Source of the DNA: a virus
Lineage: Duplodnaviria > Caudoviricetes
Length of the DNA stretch: 29,026 bases
Virus record (IMG/VR): IMGVR_UViG_3300043414_001064
Span: 1 to 29,026 of that record
Direction: 5' to 3' (one strand)
Shown: positions 23,645 to 29,026 of the stretch, one piece after another
How the letters are laid out: every line of letters begins with the position of its first letter
Position numbering within the stretch: position 1 is the stretch's first letter
Made by a program: the position numbers and the translations under genes
The notes under the pieces: generated by a model
Database searches by the model: none
What the model saw: only the letters and a program-made list of their open reading frames with translations
What the model was told of the DNA's origin: nothing

Positions 23645-24174
23645 TGGCCCCAACCCTAATCGCTCTGTGCGGGCTCGCGGGGTCCGGTAAAAGCACCTGC
23701 TCCGACCACTTGACCCGAGAGTGGGGGTATACCTCACTTAAATTTGCAGGGCCGCTGAAAGAAATGCTCAGGGCACTCGGGCTTAACGACGAGCACCTAG
23801 AGGGAGGGTTGAAGGAACTGCCCTCTGACTTGTTGGGTGGGCAATCCCCGCGACACGCGATGCAAACGCTCGGTACGGAATGGGGCCGGATGCAAATGGG
23901 CCGCAACTTCTGGGCGGATATGTGGGCTCATAACGCAACCCGCATACTCAACGAAGGCAGGAAAGTGGTAGTGGATGACTGCCGGTTCCCCAACGAACTG
24001 CAAACGGTATTGACCTTGGGGGGAACGTCTATCGGGATACGTCGGCCCAGCCTAGACCCCGTTTGGGCACACGTATCAGAGCAGCACCACTTGGGCGCGG
24101 ACTTTGAAATAGTGAACGACATGGATACCGAGCACCTGCTCACTCAACTGCGGAAAACACTGAACCTGCGATGA
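23644..24174 (+). CDS. Deoxynucleoside monophosphate kinase
   Basis: P-loop GLAGSGKST, FAGPLKEM, PRHAMQTLGTEWGR, DDCRFPNE, HVSE. Confidence 0.9.
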   Translation: MAPTLIALCGLAGSGKSTCSDHLTREWGYTSLKFAGPLKEMLRALGLNDEHLEGGLKELPSDLLGGQSPRHAMQTLGTEWGRMQMGRNFWADMWAHNATRILNEGRKVVVDDCRFPNELQTVLTLGGTSIGIRRPSLDPVWAHVSEQHHLGADFEIVNDMDTEHLLTQLRKTLNLR

Positions 24175-24440
24175 CGGCCCTCCGGATATTGCTGGCGGCG
24201 GTTCTGTTATGGCTCCTTGGGTGTTGCTCCAACAATTGGCGGGACACAGCGCCGTGGAACTTTCCGCCCGCAAAAGAGTGGAACGAGGGGCTGGAATTCT
24301 CGTGGGTGAACGCGGTGGACAAGTTCAGGGAACTCACCGCGCCGCGGGGAAAAGTCTATGACCCCGTTATGCGCTCCTATGCACCCGATTTCGGCAAAGC
24401 ATTGCGCGACCTCAAAAAATCCGATGCAAGCGACTCTTAG
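24171..24440 (+). CDS. Putative lipoprotein
   Basis: Signal peptide MTALRILLAAVLLWLLG followed by Cys18 (lipobox LLGC). Confidence 0.6.
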   Translation: MTALRILLAAVLLWLLGCCSNNWRDTAPWNFPPAKEWNEGLEFSWVNAVDKFRELTAPRGKVYDPVMRSYAPDFGKALRDLKKSDASDS

Positions 24441-24642
24441 TTTCAACCTTCCCGAGGAAAGCACGGAGCACCTAGATGCCCTGGAAGGCAGGGACTGGAA
24501 AACCGTGGTCTACGAACTCAACGAACAGCTCCGCACTTACCAAAAACACGGCCACTCGTTCAAAACTGCCGACGACCTCTTGGAAGAACTGCGGACAATT
24601 CTCCGATCGCTGATCGAGGACCGCCGACTCAGCTTGGAATGA
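24424..24642 (+). CDS. Conserved phage hypothetical protein (72 aa)
   Basis: MQATLSFNLPEE...LRTYQKHG pattern. ATGA overlap with the helicase start. Confidence 0.7.
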   Translation: MQATLSFNLPEESTEHLDALEGRDWKTVVYELNEQLRTYQKHGHSFKTADDLLEELRTILRSLIEDRRLSLE

Positions 24643-25922
24643 AGACGCTATACCCGCGCCAGAGCCAGCACGTTGACCGGTTGCTGCGCGTGATCCAAAC
24701 TCACGGCTCCGCACTCGACTCGTCCGAAACGGGGACGGGAAAAACGGTTTGCGGGGCGGAGGTTGCTCGGCGGGCAAATTGCAATGTCCTGGTCGTCTGC
24801 CCGAAAGCGGTCATACCTTCGTGGAAACGCGAGTTGAGCGAGCGCGGGGTCGTCGCGGAGGTTGTGAATTACGAGAAACTTCGAGCAGGGAACACGCCGC
24901 ATGGGAAGTGGCGAAACAAACAGTGGGTGTGGGAAATCCCCAGGTCGCTCATCATTTTTGACGAAGCACACAAGTGCTCCGGTACCTCCACCAAAAACGC
25001 AAAGATGCTCATCGAGGCAAAGAGCCGTCACGCGGTGCTGATGTTGTCCGCCACGATTGCATCGAGTCCGCTACAAATGCGCGCTGCTGGCTGGCTGCTA
25101 GGTGCCCACATGCTGGGGAACTTCTGGCAGTGGTGCTTCAAATATGGCTGCGTTAAAAATCGCTGGAATGGGGTTGAGTTTGTTGGAGGCCAATCACACA
25201 TCGAGGCTATCGCGGAACAGATTGCCCATCGCTGCGCCCGGATGACCGCAGCGGAACTGGCCGAACATTTCACCGAGACGCAGATCATCACGGAACCCCT
25301 GCAATTCGGAGACGAGATAGAGAGCATCTACAATGAGATGGAGAGGGAGCTTGCGGACCTGGAGGAGAAAAGCAAGAGCGACAGCACGAATGAATCGGCT
25401 GCGGCGTTGGTGGCTCAATTGCGCGCACGGCAACGGGTGGAGCTGTTCAAAGTTCCGGTGATCGTCGATCTCGTCAAAGATCTTCTGGACGAAAATAAGA
25501 GCGTTGCGGTGTTCGTAAATTTCCAACAGACGCTCGAAGCGTTACAGCAAAAACTTTCGTGCGTCGTCGTAAACGGCAAGCAAACTGCCGACGAGCGTGA
25601 ATATGCGATCAACGCATTCCAGACGGATCAGGTGCGAACGATTGTTTGCAACACTGCCGCAGGCGGCGTGGGCATATCGCTGCACGACGTCACCGGAAAA
25701 TATCCTCGGGCTGCAATCATAAGCCCGGACTGGAACGAAAAAAACATTTTACAAGTGATCGGGCGCGTCCATCGAGCCGGGGGTAAAACGCCTTCGCTGC
25801 AACGCATCCTTTTCGCTGCGGGAACCGTCGAAGAAAGCGTTGAAAAGTCGGTCCGGAGAAAAATTTCGCTGCTCAAAACTTTAAATGAAAAAAGTACTTG
25901 CGATTCGTCGGAAGCCGCATAA
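24639..25922 (+). CDS. SF2 (SNF2-like) DEAH helicase
   Basis: ETGTGKT, VVCPK, FDEAH, LSAT, AGGVGISL, QVIGRVHRAG. Confidence 0.92.
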   Translation: MKTLYPRQSQHVDRLLRVIQTHGSALDSSETGTGKTVCGAEVARRANCNVLVVCPKAVIPSWKRELSERGVVAEVVNYEKLRAGNTPHGKWRNKQWVWEIPRSLIIFDEAHKCSGTSTKNAKMLIEAKSRHAVLMLSATIASSPLQMRAAGWLLGAHMLGNFWQWCFKYGCVKNRWNGVEFVGGQSHIEAIAEQIAHRCARMTAAELAEHFTETQIITEPLQFGDEIESIYNEMERELADLEEKSKSDSTNESAAALVAQLRARQRVELFKVPVIVDLVKDLLDENKSVAVFVNFQQTLEALQQKLSCVVVNGKQTADEREYAINAFQTDQVRTIVCNTAAGGVGISLHDVTGKYPRAAIISPDWNEKNILQVIGRVHRAGGKTPSLQRILFAAGTVEESVEKSVRRKISLLKTLNEKSTCDSSEAA

Positions 25923-25944
25923 CATACCGCGCAGTCAGTATACC
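25898..25944 (+). promoter_or_regulatory. Candidate promoter TTGCGA-N16-TAACAT with operator motif CGCATAACATACC (25916-25928) and a half-site ending TATACC (25944)
   Basis: Shares the exact 14-mer GCATAACATACCGC with 20597-20610. Confidence 0.6.
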
Positions 25945-25957
25945 TAGAAACCCTACC

Positions 25958-27064
25958 ATGCCTTCCCAACCGCAACCCTACCGAGGGCACGCTGAACACA
26001 GCCCCTCTTCGTTGAAAAACTATGAAGCCTGTCCGTCGTACAAAGGCCGCTCCGGCACGAACCCGATCGCCGAGGCGGGAACCAGAATACATTCTGCCGT
26101 CGAGAACGGGGACCCGTCTCTCCTGGTGGATGAGGTCGAACGTGGGCTCGCGGAGTGGTGCCTCTCGTTCCTTTCGAGCAACCGGCAGGAGAAGGAACAA
26201 ACGGCAAAGTTGGTTTCTTCGCACCAAGAAATTTTCGTCACGATGGACGCTGGCAACTTCAGCACTTTTGGAACGAGCGATCTGTTGGACATTTATTCGG
26301 ACGGTTCGGGCTGCCTATTCGATTGGAAAACTGGCTATGGGGCCGTGGAGGACGCTGAAGTCAACATTCAGGTGCAAGCCTACGCGCTTGGGGTCTTCGC
26401 CCGATTTCCAGAAATACAAAAGCTGGACTGCTTCCTTGTCCTACCCCGCCGACAGGAGATCACCGTGGCCGTATACTCACGTTCCGACATGGAGCGAATC
26501 AAGCTACGTATCGGCACCATCATCGCCCGCGCCAAAGAGTCGGCGGGTAAAATCTTCTCGCCCAAAGAGGGCGTCTGCGACTACTGCGCCAACCAAGGAA
26601 GCTGCAAAGCCCTTGCGGAAAAGGCCCTCCTCGTCGGCCAAAAAGCCGGTTTCGACGTCCCGCAAAACATCTCGTTAGACGGGACGCCGGAGGACCGGTC
26701 CAAGTTGCTCAAGTTGGCCAACTTGTTGTCCAACTGGTGCGACGATACCAAGAAGGAGTTGTTACGACAGGCGTTGGAAGACGGGGCCGAGATCCCTGGC
26801 TACAAGTTGGACCAGAGGCGGACGCCGAGGGCGGTGGATAATCCGCTGCTCGGCTACGACGCCGTCAAAGATCTAGTCTCACTAGAAGAATACCTTTTGA
26901 GCTGCACCCGAGTATCGGTGCCGACTCTTGAAAAATTTGTCGCGGAGAAAGCCCCCAAGGGCAAGAAGGCGGAAGCCAAACAGCACTTGGAAGACTTACT
27001 TCGCGGCAGCGGTGCCCTTCGAGATGAAGGCACTATCCACCTCCTCAAGGCCATCAAGTCTTAG
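25958..27064 (+). CDS. PD-(D/E)XK exonuclease, DUF2800/Cas4-like
   Basis: HSPSS...ACP, GTRIH, GTSD, DWKTG, QVQAYALG, CDYC...C. Start placed at ATG 25958. Confidence 0.85.
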   Translation: MPSQPQPYRGHAEHSPSSLKNYEACPSYKGRSGTNPIAEAGTRIHSAVENGDPSLLVDEVERGLAEWCLSFLSSNRQEKEQTAKLVSSHQEIFVTMDAGNFSTFGTSDLLDIYSDGSGCLFDWKTGYGAVEDAEVNIQVQAYALGVFARFPEIQKLDCFLVLPRRQEITVAVYSRSDMERIKLRIGTIIARAKESAGKIFSPKEGVCDYCANQGSCKALAEKALLVGQKAGFDVPQNISLDGTPEDRSKLLKLANLLSNWCDDTKKELLRQALEDGAEIPGYKLDQRRTPRAVDNPLLGYDAVKDLVSLEEYLLSCTRVSVPTLEKFVAEKAPKGKKAEAKQHLEDLLRGSGALRDEGTIHLLKAIKS

Positions 27065-27066
27065 GA

Positions 27067-27079
27067 GGTATATTATACC
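27067..27079. promoter_or_regulatory. 13-bp operator-like palindrome GGTATATTATACC
   Basis: Perfect GGTATA-T-TATACC in the nuclease-SSB gap. Confidence 0.75.
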
Positions 27080-27113
27080 ACACACACTAAACACACTAAC
27101 TCAATAACACATT

Positions 27114-27842
27114 ATGGCAGCAATCACATTCAGTCCCAAAACAGCGGCCCCGCAATCGGCGGAGCCCATCGCAGACATCATCGTAGCGGAGCCCGCTTCC
27201 GTAGCGGTAGTTTCAGAGCGCCAAGCTCCCAAAATTACTCGCGACGACATCGTTCTGCCGCGCATTAACCTCGTCCAGAAGTCGGGCAAACTCTGCGACG
27301 ATTTCGCACCTGGAACCTTCCTGTTTGAAAAGCAGATCGTGCTGGCCAAACCAGGCGAGGAGTTCACCGCTGTTGTTCTTGGTGACAACAAGTATTTCCA
27401 GGAGAAGGTGGAATTCGGTTCGTCGGAATTCGGTCGTCGCGCTTTTGACGAGGAAGAAGTCCGTAAAATCGGAGGAACCGTCACCTGGGGCATCGCCGAT
27501 AAGCCGTACTTCCAGTCGGTAGCAGACTTCCTGATCGCAGTGAAAGCGCCCGAGGGCGCAACACAGGAACAGGTCGATATGTTCCCGTTCCTCTCGGACG
27601 GGAGTAACTACGCAGTGGCGGTATACACCGTGGCTGCGAGCGCCTACACGTCGCTGGCCAAGCGGATCTTCACCGACAAGCTGTTTACGCTCAAAGATGG
27701 TCTCCATCTTGCTGAGTACCGCATCAAGTCGGAGCTGAAGCGCAATGCCGCGAATAGCTGGTACGTGCCGGTCACGTCCATGCCCAAGCGGTACAACGAC
27801 GAAGGCAAAGCGAAGTTCTTCAACGAATTGAAGAACCTCTAA
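27114..27842 (+). CDS. Putative single-stranded DNA-binding/annealing protein
   Basis: 242 aa between nuclease and polymerase (the usual SSB slot), with DIVLPRINLVQ...PG and NSWYVP patterns. Confidence 0.6.
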   Translation: MAAITFSPKTAAPQSAEPIADIIVAEPASVAVVSERQAPKITRDDIVLPRINLVQKSGKLCDDFAPGTFLFEKQIVLAKPGEEFTAVVLGDNKYFQEKVEFGSSEFGRRAFDEEEVRKIGGTVTWGIADKPYFQSVADFLIAVKAPEGATQEQVDMFPFLSDGSNYAVAVYTVAASAYTSLAKRIFTDKLFTLKDGLHLAEYRIKSELKRNAANSWYVPVTSMPKRYNDEGKAKFFNELKNL

Positions 27843-27847
27843 CAACT

Positions 27848-27980
27848 TGGCGCGGCGGGGGCATTGGAGCCGGAGGACGACTCCGAGCCCTGGTTAGTGA
27901 AGAGGATATATCACGAGCTCGATGGTTGCTCGTCCCCTCTTTGACCCCATAGGTGAACACCCCGCCGCGCCACCTTTTTT
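27848..27980 (+). ncRNA. Candidate multi-stem structured RNA or attenuator upstream of the DNA polymerase
   Basis: Perfect 13-bp closing stem 27848-27860/27960-27972, two internal arms, then CCTTTTTT. Confidence 0.6.
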
Positions 27981-27986
27981 ACAGCA

Positions 27987-29026
27987 ATGCCAATCGCTGC
28001 GGTAGATTTTGAGACGTACTACGACTCGGACGTCACGATCGTCGAGTTGGGTATCTACCACTACCTGCGTCACCCTCAGAGCGACCTTTACCTAGTATCT
28101 ATCGCCACCGACACCGGCATACGGTTCGTGGGCCACCCAAAAGATTTTGACTGGAGCCAGATAGCCGGTGCCGACTGGACCTGGCTCTCCCACAACGCCC
28201 AGTTCGACGCTCCGGTATTTGAGCGACTCCAAGAGATGGGGTGCAAAAACACGCAATGCGTCACGGAGCTGGAGGCCTGGCACGACACCGCAGACCTCGC
28301 GGCATTTTTATCCGTGCCGCGCTCTCTCAAAGAAGCATCAAGGCACCTGCTGAACGTAGACCTCTCGAAAGACACGCGGGACGCCATGAAAGGCAAGCGT
28401 TGGGAGGCAATGACCCCCGAATTTCGGGCGGAAGTGGAGAAATACGCGCTCGGAGACGCCGAATACTGCCTCAGATTATTCGTAGAACACGGGCACAAGT
28501 GGCCCCAGCACGAGCGGGAAATTAGCGCAACGACGCGGAATATGGCCCTGAGAGGCGTCCCTCTCGACGCCGAGGCACTCGACCGAGACATCGAAAAGCT
28601 GGAAGTCGATATGTGGGAGATTCGCCAGTCCATTCCGTGGAAGGACGAGCCTCATCGCACGGCGAGCAAGGCCAAGAAGGGCGAGAAGGTGCCGCTTCTA
28701 TCCCCTGTCCTGCTGCGGGAGGAGTGCATCAAGCGGGGTTTGACGCCCCCAAGTAGTTTTGCCCAGGACGATCCGGAGGCAGAAAAATTTTTCGATGAGC
28801 ACGCCAAGACTTACACTTGGATTCAGGGGGTGCGCGACTACCGCAAGGCAGGTAAGCACCTCAAGACGCTCCAGACGATGCGTAAGCGCATGCGTGAAGA
28901 CGGCTGGATGTCCTATGGCCTCAAATACGGCGGCGCTCATACCCTGCGCGACTCCGGCGACTCCGGACTGAACGTGCAGAACCTCCCGAAGGGGGAAGTG
29001 TGCGGGGTGGACGTGCGAGCAAAGAT
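27987..29026 (+). CDS. Family A DNA polymerase (partial, runs off the right edge; missing from the ORF track)
   Basis: MPIAAVDFETYY (ExoI), SHNAQFD (ExoII), YALGDA (ExoIII), later YGGAHTLRDSG...NVQNLPK. Confidence 0.9.
   Translation, partial: MPIAAVDFETYYDSDVTIVELGIYHYLRHPQSDLYLVSIATDTGIRFVGHPKDFDWSQIAGADWTWLSHNAQFDAPVFERLQEMGCKNTQCVTELEAWHDTADLAAFLSVPRSLKEASRHLLNVDLSKDTRDAMKGKRWEAMTPEFRAEVEKYALGDAEYCLRLFVEHGHKWPQHEREISATTRNMALRGVPLDAEALDRDIEKLEVDMWEIRQSIPWKDEPHRTASKAKKGEKVPLLSPVLLREECIKRGLTPPSSFAQDDPEAEKFFDEHAKTYTWIQGVRDYRKAGKHLKTLQTMRKRMREDGWMSYGLKYGGAHTLRDSGDSGLNVQNLPKGEVCGVDVRAK

Noticed and set aside
25958-27064. CRISPR-associated Cas4
   Set aside because: No array or other cas genes are present. 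The helicase-nuclease-SSB-polA context is a standard phage replication module.
28088-28971. Several short ORF-track calls at the right end
   Set aside because: All overlap the uninterrupted polymerase frame starting at 27987.

Overview
This window is an internal segment of a temperate, probably short-tailed (podovirus-like) dsDNA phage genome in its unintegrated form. Two gene blocks diverge from an attP site that matches a tRNA 3' end (20569-20595). The minus-strand block is morphogenesis and lysis: intein-split terminase large subunit, portal, scaffold, major capsid protein, mosaic tail fibre, a small-membrane-protein plus CHAP lysis cassette, a tandem-repeat virion protein, Cys-rich proteins and a head-tail adaptor-like gene. 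The plus-strand block is integrase, RHH-like and Xis-like regulators, RuvC-like resolvase, dNMP kinase, SF2 helicase, PD-(D/E)XK nuclease, SSB-like protein and family A DNA polymerase. The most striking unexplained structure is a 13-bp pseudo-palindrome (GGTDKM-A-YAYACC) found at least 12 times. The copies sit in intergenic or gene-end, promoter-like positions of both blocks, and three cluster at attP, which suggests a genome-wide operator network. Integration at attP would also cut terL off from its candidate promoter. Three structured RNA candidates lie in intergenic regions. Integrase motifs and Shine-Dalgarno-free, A/C-rich leaders hint at a Verrucomicrobiota-like host (inference). All family assignments come from motif recognition by eye, not database searches.
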